From the NCBI GenBank assembly GCA_013265495.1, contig MU057941.1:1-64000 (forward strand): a DNA stretch of 64,000 bases. Direction: 5' to 3'. The notes beneath the pieces were generated by a model. It saw only the letters and a list, made by a program, of their open reading frames with translations. It had not been told where the DNA came from and did not search any database. The DNA is from Vicugna vicugna (lineage: Eukaryota). Shown here in pieces: positions 12,691-26,258 of the stretch (the first letter of the stretch is position 1; each line of letters starts with the position of its first letter). The translations under genes were made by a program, and so were the position numbers.

Positions 12691-14559
12691 AGCACATCGA
12701 CTCCCCACCGCAGTTCTGCAGCGCCCACTAATCCTCCCCCCATAGAGAGGAGAAAAAGTAAAGAATACAGTAATTCATCGTCCCCTGACCAGGAAGCTCT
12801 TTAATTAATTCTGCTTCCATGAAACATAATTTGAAAGTCTCTCAAGTAAGCAAATTCCATTTTCTGATAATTATTTGATCACACTCCATTTAAAACTTTT
12901 AATCAAAGACACGTTCCCCAGCAGAACTTCTGCTCAGCCTAGGTTACCAAGGGTTTCTCTACTGAGTTACTATAATTCTAGCAGAAAGCAGAGAGGCTGT
13001 TGGGCTAGCCTGCGAGGCCTTCTCAGGGCTAACTGCAGTCTTTCCATTTGAGGGTTTTCACATTTTGAATTGAAACCAGCTGGAGGGCCATTTGACCCGC
13101 AGTCCTCCCTCCAGCAGTCAGGCTGATGAGAATGGCTGACAATTAAAAGAAGCTGGGAGAGGCTCAGCCTGCCTGCCCCCGGTCAGCTCAGGCTCGGGGA
13201 AGACTCTTAGTCACAGAAGAGAGTGGGGCCATGGAGCCCTGCAAGAATCAACTTCCACACTTAACACGGACAGCACACAGTGCCTAATTTAGTACGCACA
13301 ACGTATACCTCAATCAACTTTAAAAAATTTGCAGTGGCATTTTTTGGAAGCTCCACAAAAAGATTCTGAAATTAATCTGGAAAAATGAACGTGAAAAATA
13401 GTTCAAGGAAAGATACAGGAAAGTAAGGAAAGGCAGGAAAAATCAGAGCAAGGAGAAAAGACTTGCCTCACCAATATTAAAATGTTACTAAGCTATAATG
13501 ATGTTTTTAAGTGCAGTGCTTACTCAGCATTTAACAGACGGATCAAGTCACAAACAGAAGTGTAGACAGACAGGTGTTTCCTAAAACTTTACTGTGTAAC
13601 TGACGTAGTGTGTTTTACTGGTGGAGATGACTAACAATGAGTATTGGACCTTAGTGAACTTCAGAGAATGAAAACAAGGGGTTCTAATGCTCTATTCTCC
13701 TTTAAAATGACCACACACCCCCCTCCACGTGGGATGCTGAGGGGCCGCATGGTCGGCCAGTTCACAGCCGGGCTGGCCAGAGCTGTGCTCTAGAACGGGA
13801 GCAGAGGAAGGTTTGCTAATCAGCAATGGAAGCTGAAGCAAGAAGGGCATGATGAACAGGGGCCAGAGGTGGCCCCTGTGAGCCACGTGCCAACTGCAAG
13901 GCTGAGTACAGACCAGTCAGCAGAGGAGGCCTGCGGGGAGAGCAGGGAGCAGGTGCACGGAGATTAGTGAGGGCGTCAAGGTCAGAGGTCTCACGTGCAG
14001 CGTCCAGTATACGTGCATCTGGTTACTGGGAAGTTGTACCTGTGCCTTGCACAAACATGTTTGGCAGGGGGTGCCAGGGACTGCATATGGGGGGGAAAGC
14101 CAAAATTTGAAAGGATGAGATAGCCAATAGTATTATTAGCCCAGGTGATAGATGAGGGTATTTGTCTTACTGTTCTATAAACTGAACATATATTTTTTAT
14201 ATCTTACATATGTTCTGTTTTCCTATAAAGACTTAAAACGTATATGAACATAAGTAGAAAGGCAAATACTTTCTGCCCACACTCCAACGCTGTGTGTGCT
14301 CCTGGGTCTGGAGGCCAGTGCTTTAGAGTTCCTGGGCGTCTGGGTTTAGATCTAGCCTACATCTCCTCTGACAATATCTCCCCACCCCACTTCCTTTCCT
14401 TGGAGGTTCAGAATGGGCTTTGTTGTTTGTTTCGGGGTTTTTTTGTGACGGTAAGAGGGCAACTAAAATGGTAGCGAAAGCTTCCATAACCATGACGTAA
14501 GGCAGGAAGCACAGAATAAATAAGTCATTGCTAGGCTTGATCACAATCAGACATAACAG

Positions 14560-15250
14560 AGTTACCATCACTGACGTGTAAGGAATGTTCACAAATCCGT
14601 AAGGAAACCAAAGAGGAACACCCCAAGATAGAGCTAGGCACGGGACATAAAAAGTTCAGAAAAGAATATCAAATAGATCACAGCTGTACATACATCTCCC
14701 CTCCCCCAAAAAAGCATTACTAGTGATGAAATAATGCAAATTAAAACAGTGGGATTTTTCTCTCTCGGGTTGACAAAATGCTAAAAAGAACATTGCCCAT
14801 TAAGGATGAGGGTTTGGAGAAACAGCCTCATTTGGAACTGGTGGAATTTAAAGTGTGGCAGCCTCTCCGGGTGACAGTTTGTCAACGTACAGCAAGTCCA
14901 CTGTTCCATCTCTATGCCTGTTATCCACAAAAAGAACCATAGGTTTGCCCAAAGATCTGTTAACTGCAACATTTTTGTAATAGTAGAAAGTGGGAAGCAG
15001 CCTACTTGCCCAGCTATCGGGGAGCTTTCAGATAACCCAGTACAGGGGATAAATAAATCTTGGTACATTCATCAGTGAAGTGCCACAGAATCATGAAATG
15101 GAGCTGTTGTTTCATGTTTAACAGTAAGGAAAGTTATCCACCATATGCTTCAGTAAGTAAGCTGCAAAAGTTTCATCTTTTTTTTTTGTATAAACACAAA
15201 AAATAAACACCAAAATGTTTTCAGTAATGATGGTATGTTTATGAATGACT
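14560..15250 (+). mobile_element. Old L1 (L1ME-like) ORF2/3' fragment
   Basis: Degenerate atgcaaattaaaaca, gcaacatttttgtaatag, ggataaataaatcttggtacattca motifs. Confidence 0.55.
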
Positions 15251-15267
15251 CTTATTTTCTAATTTTT

Positions 15268-16571
15268 TATCCACTTTATTTTTAAATGTTTTTTCATTTT
15301 TCAGTTTTATTAGGTAGAATTGTTATAATTTGACTGCACATGTACAACATATTGCATGTAAATACATATATACAATATACTGCACTTTTTTTTAGTTTAC
15401 ATATATGTACTGTTCATTGTTTCTAAGAATAGTTCAGAACTTTAGCTTTTTAAATTTACATAGTTATCAAAGGAATAAAGCCAACCACAAAATAAAAATC
15501 AGCAGAATGCAGTAATCCAATCATAAAGGACAGTCAAATATGCTTACACATATTCAGTAAATCAATCATCTAAGTTATAAATAGTAAGTAGTTCCTTTGT
15601 GTCCTTTTTTTTAAGAGTCCACATATAAGTGATATCATGTGGCATTTTTCTTTCTCTTTCTGGCTGCCTTCACTTAGAATGACAATGTCTAGGGTGTCAT
15701 CCATGTTGCTGCAAATGGCATTATTTTATTCTTTTTTATGGCTGAGTAGTATTCCATTTTATATATTTATATATATATACACACACATATAAACCACATC
15801 TTCATTATCCAGTCATCTGTTGATGGACATTTGAGTTGTTTCCATGTCTTGGCTATTGTAAATAGTGCTGCTGTGAACACTGGGGTGCATGTGTCTTTTT
15901 GAAGTATATTTTTCTCTGGATATGTGAGTGGGATTGCTGAATTACATGGTAAGTCTATTTTTAGTTTTTAAGGAACCTCCATATTGTCCTCTATAGTGGC
16001 TGCACCAATTTACATTCCCAGCAACAGTGTAGGAGGGTTCCCTTTTCTCCCCCTCATCTCCAGCATTTATCGTCTGTGGACTTTTTAATGATGGCCATTC
16101 TGGGTGGTCTGAAGTGATACCTCATTTCGTTTTGATCTGCATTTCTCTGACAATTAGTGATGCTGAACATTTTTTCATGTGCCTATTGGCCATTTGTATG
16201 TCTTCACTGCAGAATTGCTTGTTTAGGTCTTCTGCCCATTTTTGGATTAGGTTGCTTTTTTTCTTTGATATTAAGTTGTATGAGCTGTTTGTGTATTTTG
16301 GAAATTAGTCCCTTGTTGTTTCTCCCAGTCTATAGGATGTCTTTTCATTTTGTTGATGGTGTCCTTAGCTGTGCAAAAGCTTTTAAGTTTAATTAGATCC
16401 CATTTGTTTATTTTTGCTTTTATTTCCATTACTCCACGAGCTGGTTCAAAAAATATACTGCTGTGATTTATGTCCGAGAGTGTTTTGCCTGTTTTCCTCT
16501 AGGAGTTTTATAGTATCTGGTCTTACATTTAAGTCCTTTATCCATTTTGAATTTATTTTTGTATATGGTGT
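15268..16571 (-). mobile_element. 5'-truncated L1 with non-canonical ~300-bp 3' tail, TSD-flanked
   Basis: 15590-16571 is homologous to the other L1 copies in the window. 16-bp TSD ttattttctaattttt at 15252-15267 and 16572-16587. Confidence 0.88.
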
Positions 16572-17469
16572 TTATTTTCTAATTTTTGATGATCTCTTTT
16601 CTAAACCTGCCTAAATGAACATATGTTAACTCTGTAATAAGAAAGAGGCGTTACTAGAAAAAATAACCTCATAGCAGGAAGACAGATACTTCCCCCCATG
16701 TCGGTTTTGCTCCCACAGTAGTTGCTCCCTGTGGTCCAGTGCTCAGGAGGAGGTTGAAACTGTGACCAGGCTCTGACAGTGTGTGCCCTGATCCACTGGC
16801 GACTTCCGCAGGGATCGTGGGACGAGGCAGTAGCTGCCGTGGTCTATAGTGCCCTCCAGCCATGACGTGGAGATGCTGGGGTTCATCGCTGTTGCCCTGT
16901 GTGTTTAGTGATCTGACAGGGAGAGACATGGCCAGACACAAGCTACCGAGTCCAGCCTGGGGAAGTCTGGGGAGGAAAGGCTCTTGGTGACGTGCTGTCA
17001 TGGATGCTCACCCTGCACTTCTCACGTGGAGAAGGGCAGCCCAGCTGCCTCCCCCACTCCATGTACATGCTTGGAGGATGAAGACAGTGCTTTCATGCAG
17101 GTGGACCTCTCTTCGGCCTTAAATCACAGAATCAGAAGACAGTCGAGCTGAAGATGCAAAGGATCATTTGGTTCAACTCTTTTTTTTTTTTTAACAGAAG
17201 AGGAAACTGAGCCCCAAATACTTGAGACATTTTAATTTGTAAAGGGGAAACATTTCCCCATAATCCTGAAGGGTGCCCTCGGGGCCCTGGTGGAGCAGTA
17301 GGACAGCGTGGCGCACCAGACCCGGAGCTGGGAAACCAGTCTTCCACGGCCCTCTCGCCATCGGCCAGAACTCCTCACTGAGTCAGTTTCCACGTCGACT
17401 AAGTGGGGATAGTTCCACCTGCTCCGCCACCCCCGGGATTGTTGGGAGGCCCACACGAGATGGGGAGCA

Positions 17470-18230
17470 AATGGGGAGAACATTTGCAGTAGACACGAGA
17501 GATTCCCAAAATCTCCAGTATATGAAAGCTCTTAAAATAGATTAACATCTCAAGAGAAAAGGGACAAAGGACACGAAGACCAGTCACAGAACCGCAAGTG
17601 ACGGGCAGCAACAAGATGAGGTTCAGCCTCACCTCACTCATAATAGAAGCAAAGTAAAGCGTCAGTGAGTGACCTTGTTCACCTATAAAACTGGCACAAG
17701 TGAGCGATACCCAGAGACGGCAAAGACGTGGGGAAACTAACCCTTACACGGTAGGAGGTGGGGCTGTAAATGGATAATCCTTCAGGAGATTAATGTGATT
17801 GCAGCAAAAGCATTAGATTCTGTAATCCTATTTCTGGATATTTATCCTAAGGAAATAATTGGATAAATGTTCAAAGAGACGAGGATATTCCTCACTAGGA
17901 TATTTTTAAAGGTGGGATTTATTCAATTATGGCACTGCTGCATAATGGGATCGTGCGGCCCTTTTAAAAATAAGGATGTAAATCTAAAGTCCCTGATGTG
18001 GACGTCCACAGTCCATCAAGTAAATTGCATTTCTGCATAATAGGATTTTGTTTTTATAGTGAGCATGTGCTGCTTTAATAAAAGTATATAAAAATCACCC
18101 CCTTTTATTTTGAAAAGGCAAATATGAATAAGCATATAAAAATATTTGGAAGTAATGTATGGTAGTGATTGTTAGCTCTGAGTGGGAGATTATGATCTGC
18201 CTTTATCTTACATTCCTGTAACTTAAATTG
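17470..18230 (+). mobile_element. Old L1 (L1ME-like) fragment
   Basis: Degenerate ORF2-end motifs (tgtaaatgga, taatcctatttctggatatttatcctaaggaaataatt). Confidence 0.5.
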
Positions 18231-20279
18231 TTACCTGAATGTAATTGTATCACCAGAAGAAAACCTTGGGAAAGGGACCATTTCCCCACAAGGTCTGGTG
18301 GCTAAATAATTTCTAAATTAACTTGTCACTGATTGTTACTCTGTTTCCTGAAGAACCCTCAATTTGCTTTTCTAGAACTGACTGTCCTGCTAGAGGCATG
18401 GATGGGTCCCGTCCTGGACTCATGCTTTTGGCAGAGCCCCTGGCCCCAGCCCAGCGACGGGAAAGCGATGGCGCCTCGCACTTGGGGAAGAGGAGTGTGG
18501 TGGGGGAGAGGGCCATCTTACTCCATGTGGAACGTGCCCAGCACAGACGACCCCTGAAACGGAGCATGTGAAGTCACGTGGTGGGAGCCGGGGAGGTTAC
18601 TGACCAGCTGACAAGTGCTGTGGTGACAGGAGGGTCGTGGCAGGAAGAGCTGGCATCTGAGGCCCCCCAGTGCCATTGGCTCCGGAGGGCAGGGCGGTGG
18701 CCCTTACGGTGCTACCTGGAGAATGAAGGGCAGATTGGGCGTGGGGGTTGGAGGGCCATGAGATGGAGAGGGTACTATCTGGGGAGGCAGCTGGGGTGAG
18801 ACATCTAAAGAACTGTCTTGTAGGGAAATGTGTACTAACCCTGCCTAGGGGGCAGCTAGGCACCCCCAGGTCTGAGATGGTGAGAAAGCTCCTCAGCATG
18901 GCCAAGAGGAGAGGAATTTAGGCTCCCTGAGTGGAGGGCAGTCAGTGGACTCTGGAAGGAGGGCGAGTAAAGTGGAGAAAGGGTGTCCCAGCCTTCCCCT
19001 CACATCTCTGTAAGGTTCACGCAGCCGTGGAGCGCTCACAGTGGCTGGATTTCTTGTGGCAAGCAGGCAAGGATGGTGGTTTTGCCTTTAAGTTGATGGG
19101 GGTAACTGAGGGGACACTGATGTGCCGGGACGAGGAGGTCTCCTGCCTCCCTGCTCCTTCCTGAGCTCCCTGCTTGTCCCCTTTGTAGTACAAGAGTCAG
19201 AGGTCCGGAATTCATCAGTCAGTTGCATAATCTATGTTTCACATCCATCTTGTTCACCACTTGGCTTTGTGGCCTGACACAGGCCTGAGCACATCTGTAG
19301 GGGCTTCTGTTTCAGGGTAGAGGGGTGAAGAGGGGTGACCTGGGGTCTGGAGGCCATGGTGACGGGACAGGTGGGGACAGGGCCACCTCCCTGCAGAGAC
19401 CGCTGCAGGCAGAAGGCAGTTGTCCACCAGCGTTCCCTCTCCCACCCCCCCAAGATGAAACATAGGACATCTCCTCCCTGAATCTAGAGCACGTGGTGGA
19501 GACAGAAAGGAGAAAGGGCAACAGGCAGCATCCTGAGCTGACTATTTACCAAACTAAGCAAATTCTGTACGCCACTCGGTTTTAAGAGTATAGACACAAC
19601 GCTGGGGACTCCAGAGGAGGACTGCCTTGCCACCTGCTTGTCCCCAAGGCCTCTGGGCTCCAGCTGGGGGAGGCATCTCATCTCCTAGGGAAGGGGCTGC
19701 TCAGCTAGCGGCGAGGCTGCCCAGCCCTAGACTGGGGAACAGGCCTGTAAGTGTGGGGTCACATAGTGCCAGGGTGGGAAGGACCAGAAGTCACCTGGCC
19801 ATCGTTCCTAATCTGGGGTCTCAGCCAGCTACCTGGAGGGCCTTGGGGAGCCCCACACTCCTGATCTAGCCCCGGGGATTCTGACTGAATGGGGTTTGGG
19901 TTAAGAAGCCTCCTCTAGTTCCACTACAGTTTACAAGAGGGGTGTGAGCCTCCCTGGCCCCGTCGCTTCGGCTCCAGTCCCTGCTGTTTGAGACGTTACT
20001 TGACGCTCCTTCCCAACACCCCCCCAACACACACACCTGCTGACTCGGGGTCTTCTTGCCTTTTCCAGTCACTATTTGGGGAAGTACCTCTGCTCTCAAG
20101 TCCACCTCTTCACTTCGGAATCCTATTTATTTTCCGCCTTTGCCCCCTGGAACTCCGAATGGTGAGTTCTTAGCCGCGGGTGTACATCAGAACCTGGGGT
20201 GCCCAAGACGGGGGAGCTTCACCCATCACACCCAAGCCTAGAGATGGCGGGGGCGGGGCCAGGGCTTTTTTTAAAAGAT

Positions 20280-23240
20280 TTGTTTTTACATTCTCCCCTC
20301 AACTTTGAATATTTTCAAACCTTTAGGACACAGATTTACCCTTTCCCTAGCGTCACCTACTGTTAATTTTGTCATATTTGCTTTGTGTATGCACATTTTT
20401 CTTTTTTTTTTTTTTTGGCTGAACCTTTGAAGTTCGTTGTATAAGATGCTATCTCCCTAAATACCACAGTATGAAACTTCTAGAAATAAGGTCATTTTCC
20501 TACACAGCTGCGATCCCATTTTCACAGGTAAGAAAAGTAACACTAATTCCATAAGTATCATCTAACATCCCGTTTACGTACGAATGGCCTCAGCTTGTCC
20601 CCTTTTCAGATTATTCTTTCTTCTTTTCCTCCTTTCCTTTTTTCCAATCTAGAATCCAACCGAGGTTCATGTGTTACATTTGGTTCTGTCATCTCTTTTA
20701 ACCAAAATAGATTTTCTGAAAAAAAATAACATTGATTCATCCTGAACTGTCCCAGCCAGTTTTCTTACATAAAGTCCTACCTTCTGGATTTGACTGATAG
20801 ATTCTTCATGGCATCACTTACTTGTTCGTCTCTGTGCTTCAGGAAGTTGTGAGCCAGAGGCTTCAACAGACACAGGTTGAACATCTGGCAGGACCCCCAC
20901 AGGGGCGCTCTGAGTGCATCCTGTGTCACCTTGTTAGGATGGGCAGGGGTTGCTTTTGGGGTTCTGTGTCCTCCCCTGGTTAGTGGATATCCTTCTCCCC
21001 AGAACCCTTTCACCCAGTGCTTTTAGCATCATTGATGATCCTTGCCTAGATCAGTTGCTATCATCAGGGGTGGCGAAATAATCTTCATTTTCTCGTTCTG
21101 TCTGCATTTATTAGCAGCATTCTTCCATAAAGAGGAAGAGCTTTCCTTCCCGCTGCCCCCACCCTCTTCCTGTCTCACCACAGAACTCACAGATTTTTTC
21201 CTGTTCATTGTGTTGATATTTAAATACAATCATTCTTTCAGGTGCTCAAATTGATTCAGATGAACAGGTCCAGTTCATTGTTACCGGGTTGTTCTTACCT
21301 TCTTTTATTTTATACTTGTGTATTTTTTTCTCTTAGAATAAAAATCTTGGTCCCTGTAAGATGAATGTATTTATTTAGTTTAGTGAGTTATCTAAAAACA
21401 TATAAGTTGTTTCCACTTTTAATCTAGTTACAACCAATAATAACCTACTGAGAAAAGTTCCCAGTTTCTTTGCAGTTCTTTTTATGCTTTGAATACATCT
21501 CACGAAGAATATCCAGAGCACTTTTCAAAACTGACAGAAATTAAGTCTTTTCTGTGTGGTGATGTTATTAATTTGACATACATTGTTTATTTGTGCTTTC
21601 TGTATTCAATTTTAGGAATTGATTTTTTTCCCTTTTTAAAATTTATTTTTGAATAAGCCATTTACATGGTTCAAAAGTCAAAACCATGTAAGAAGGCATA
21701 GCTCCCATGGTTCCCTCTGTGGAGAACCATTTTCATCAGTTTCTGATTTACCTTACGTTTCTTATTGCAAAAATGAGCAAACATGTATAGATATTTTTAT
21801 ACCTTCTTTCTTACACAAAATTTATCATTCTGCCACTGTTCTGGTCCTTTGTTTTTTCACTAACAGTATATCCTGGAAATTCCTCCATCTCTGTTTATAG
21901 AGAGCGACCTATCGAATTCTTTTTCGCAGCTGCCTGGCCATAGAGCCACATACTCCGTCATGCGGGTACAGCACAGTGTATTCAGTAAGCTACCTGTGGA
22001 TAAATCCCTGGGCTACTTTCAATCTTTTGCTGTTACGATAGTGCAACGTCTTAGTACTTGTGGACATAAATATCTTAGGGGCTGATTGCTAGAAGTAGCT
22101 TTGCTGGGTCAAAGGGAAATTGCATACTTGGTTAATTTTTTCTGAACTCCCCTCCAGAGCAGTTCTGCAATTTTTCACCCAGTAGAAAAGTATGAGTGGT
22201 TGTGTTTCATCACAGCTTGCCGGCAGAATGTCTTGCTCAGCGTTTGGATTTGTTCCATTCTAATTAGTGAGAGAGCGTGGTTTTAATATGCATTTCTCTT
22301 AACATAAGGATGAGCATTTTTTCACATGTTTGAAGACCAACTGTACATCTTTAGGTGCGAGTTTTCTGCTTGTTTGTTTGCCATTTGTCTCCATCTGAGG
22401 TTTTTCTTAAATCCTTTTCTTCTCAACTTTTAAGAATTATTTCTATAGTAAAGCTCTTTGTGATGCAAATTGCAAATATTTTCTCCCAATTTGTAATTTG
22501 TCTTTTACTCTAATTTTTTTGCCATAAATTTTTTTAATGATTTTTTTTTTTTTTACTGCTTGAATTTTGAGTCATAGTTGGCCTCTCCCACTCCCAAACT
22601 GGAAAGGAATTCACTCATGCTTTATTTTAGTACTTGTTTCATCTCTTTACATTTGGATCTGATGCATTTATTATTTAATCTAGGGTGTGGTATGAAGTAT
22701 GGATCCAAATTTATCTTTTCCCAAGTGCCCATTCTCTTGTCCCTCCACCGCTTATTCAAGAGTCTATCTTAGCTCCAGTGGCTTGAGATGCCCCCTTCAT
22801 CCTGAATCAAATTTTTCCTGGCCTTTCTAGGATGTTCCTTTGGTCAGTCTGTCTCTTCGGGGTGACATTCTTCATTATGTAGACTTTATTGTGTATGTTT
22901 TAATATCTGTTAGAATGTCCTGCCTGTGACTTTTCTTTTTTCAGGGTTTTCTTTACTGTGCATGCATGAAATTTAGAATTAACTATTTAGCTCTAGAAAA
23001 AAAGTTGGTACATTTATTGAGATTGCATTAAATTCATATATTAATTTGGGGATAATTGGCATCTTTAGGATTTTGAATCATCCTATCCAACAGCAAGGAA
23101 AACCTACGTTTTTGTCTTTCAGTACTTCTTTAAGGTTTTGCACATATCTCTTTAAGTTTCTTCTTTGGTGTTTATCTTATTTGTTGCTAGTGGAGTCTTC
23201 TCTTCCATAGGAAGTCATAGCTTCTAATTGGTTATGTAAA
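20280..23240 (-). mobile_element. Old L1 (L1MC/L1ME-type) 3'UTR and ORF2 fragments
   Basis: T-rich degenerate L1 antisense sequence (ttgcaaatattttctccc, ttaatttggggataattggcatctt). Confidence 0.65.
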
Positions 23241-23304
23241 GTTTGTTTTTTTTAAAGCAGTTCTTCAGGTGATTCTAAGGTAGAGCCAGATTTGAAAAAC
23301 ACAA

Positions 23305-26258
23305 TTTTTAAAATTTTTTTAAATTGAAGTATAGTTGATTTACAATGTTGTGTTAGTTTCAGGTGTACAATAAAGTGATTCAATTTATGTACATATTCTT
23401 TTTCAGATTCCCTTCCATTATAGGTTATTATAAGATATTGAATATAGTTCCCTGTGAGTTACAGTAAATCCTTGTTATTTATTTTATATATAGTGGCTTA
23501 TACCTTTCTAATCCCAAACTCCTAATTTATCCCTCCCCCACCCTTTCCCCTTTGGTAACCGTAAGTTTGTTTTCTAAATAAGTTCATTTGTATCATTTTT
23601 TAGATTCCACATACAAGTGATATCCTATGATATTTGTCTTTCTCTGTCTGACTTCACTTAGAATGATAGTCTCTATAGTTCCATCCATATAGCTGCAAAT
23701 GGCATTATTTCATTCTTTTTTATGGCTGAGTAATATTTCATTGTATATATATACTACATCTTTTTCCAGTCATCTGTCAGTGGACATTTAGGTTGCTTCC
23801 ATGTCTTGGCTGTTGTAAATAGTGCTCCTGTGAACACTGGGGTGCATGTATCTTTTCTGATTAGAGGTTTCATGTTTTCCAGATATATGCCCAGGAGTGG
23901 GATTACTGGATCATATGGCAGCTCTATTTTTAGTTTTTTAAGGAACCTCTGTACTGTTTTCCATAGTGGCTGCACCAGTTTACATTCCCACCAAGAGCAT
24001 AGGAGGGTTACCTTTTCTCCACATGCTCTCCAGCATTTATTATCTGTAGAATTTTTGATGATGTCCATTCTGACTGGTGTGAGGTGATACCTCATTGTAG
24101 TTCTGATTTAGATTTCTCTAATAATTAATGATGTTGAGCATCTTTTCATGTGCCTATTAGCCATCTGCATGTCTTCTTCAGAGAAATGTCTACTTAGGTC
24201 CATTTTTTAATTGAGTTGTTTGTTTTTGATATTGAGTTGTATGAGCTGTTTGTATATTTTGGAAATTAAGCCCTTGTCAGTTGCATCAGTTGCAAATATT
24301 TTCTCCCAGTCTGTAGGTTGCTTTTCGTTTTGTTTATGATTTTCTTTGCTGTACAAAAGCTTTTAAGTTTTATTAGGTCCCATTTGTTTATTTTTGCTTT
24401 TATTTCTATTGTTTTGGGAGGCCTAGGAAAACACTGCTATGATTTATGTCAGAGAATGTTTTGCCTATAGTCTCTTTTAGAAGTTTAATGGTGTCATATC
24501 TTATATTTAAGTCTTTAAACTATTTTGAGTTCATTTTTTTGTGTGGTATGAGAGAATGTCCTGACTTCATTGATTTATATATGGCTGTCCAGCTTTCCCA
24601 ACACCACTTGCTGAAGAGTCTGTCTTCTCCATTGTATATTCTTGCTTCCTTTGTCAAAGATTAATTGGCCATAGGTCTGTGGGTTTCTTTCTGGACTCTT
24701 TATTCTGTTCCATTGATCCATATGTCTGTTTTTGTGCCAATACCATGCTGTTTTGATGACTGTAGCTCTGTAGTATTGTCTGAAGTCTGAGAGAGTTATT
24801 CCTCCAGCTTTGTTCTTTTTCTTCAGTATTGCTTTGGCAATTCTGGATCTTTTGTGATTCCATATAAAATTTTAGGACTATTTTTTCATGTCTGTGAAAA
24901 ATGTCATGGGTAATTTGATAGGAATCACAAAAAAAAATCTGTAGATTGCTTTGGTTAGTATGGCCATTTTAACAATATTCTTCCAGTCCAAGAACATGGG
25001 ATATCTTTCCATTTCTTTAAATCATCTTGAGTTCCCTTTATCAGTGTTCCGTAGTTCTCAGCATGTAAGCCTTTCACCCCCTTGGTCAGGTTTGACCCTA
25101 GGCTTTTTTTGGACACAATTTTAAAAGGGATTTTTTTTTTTTTTACTTTCTCTTTCTGATACTTCAATATCAAGTGTAAAGAAATGCAACAGCTTTCTGT
25201 ATGTTAATCTTGATTCCTGCTACCTTGCCTGAATTCACTTATCGGTTCTAATAGTTTTTGTGTGGAGTCTTTACAGTTTTCTATATGGAGTATCATGTCA
25301 TCTGCATATAATAGCAGTTTTGCCTCTTTCTTTCCTGTTTGGGTAAATTTTATTTCTTCTTCTTGCCTGATTGCTGTGGCTAGGGCTTCCAATACTGTGT
25401 TAAATAGAAGTGGTCAGAGTGGGCATCCTTCTCTTTTTCCAGAGTTTAGCAGGAAAAGCTTTCAGATTTTCACTGTTGAGTATTACGTTGGCTGTGGGTT
25501 TGTTGTAAGTAGCTTTTATTACATTGACACACGTTTCCTCTGTACACACTTTGGTGAGCGTTTTTTATCATGAATGGATGTTGAACTTTATCACATGCTT
25601 TTTCTGCCTCTGTTGAGATGATCACGTGGTTTTTGTCTTTTCTTTTGTTGGTGTGGCGTGTAACATTGATCTGCATATGTTGAACCACCCTTGTGACCCT
25701 GGAGTGAATCCAACTTGATCACAGTGTATGATTCTTTTTATGCATTGTTGGATTTGGTTTGCTAATATTTTGTTGAGAATTTTTGTATCTATGGTCATCA
25801 AAGATATTGGCCTGTAATTTAATCTTTTGGTAGTGTCTTTGCCTGGTTTTGGTATCAGTGTGATGGTGGCTTCATAGAATGACTTTGGGAGTGTTCCCTC
25901 CTCTTCAGTCTTTTGGAAGAGTTTGAGAAGGATCAGTATAAATTTTTCTTTGTGTGTTTGGTAGAATTCCCCAGCGAAGCCATCTGGTCCTGGGCTTTTG
26001 TTTGAAGGGAGCTTTGGTTTTGTTTTGTTTTATTATGGATTTTCTTTTATTTCTAGTGATGGATCTGTTCTAATTATCTATTTCTTCTTGATTCAGTTTT
26101 GGGCTGTATGTTTCTAGAAACTTGTCCGTTTCTTCTGGGCTGTGCAATTTGTTGGCCTGTAACTTCACAGTATTCTCTAATGATCCTTTGTATATCTGTG
26201 GTATCGGCAGTTATTTCTCCTGTTTCATTTCCTATTTTGTTTATTTGGGTCCTCTCTC
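23305..26258 (-). mobile_element. 5'-truncated L1, ~3 kb of ORF2 plus 3'UTR
   Basis: Minus-strand ORF fragments [10 protein letters not shown]...[13 protein letters not shown] and [14 protein letters not shown]...[12 protein letters not shown] (RT motif). Imperfect TSD ttgaaaaacacaa (23292-23304) / ttgaagagcacaa (26259-26271). Confidence 0.93.
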
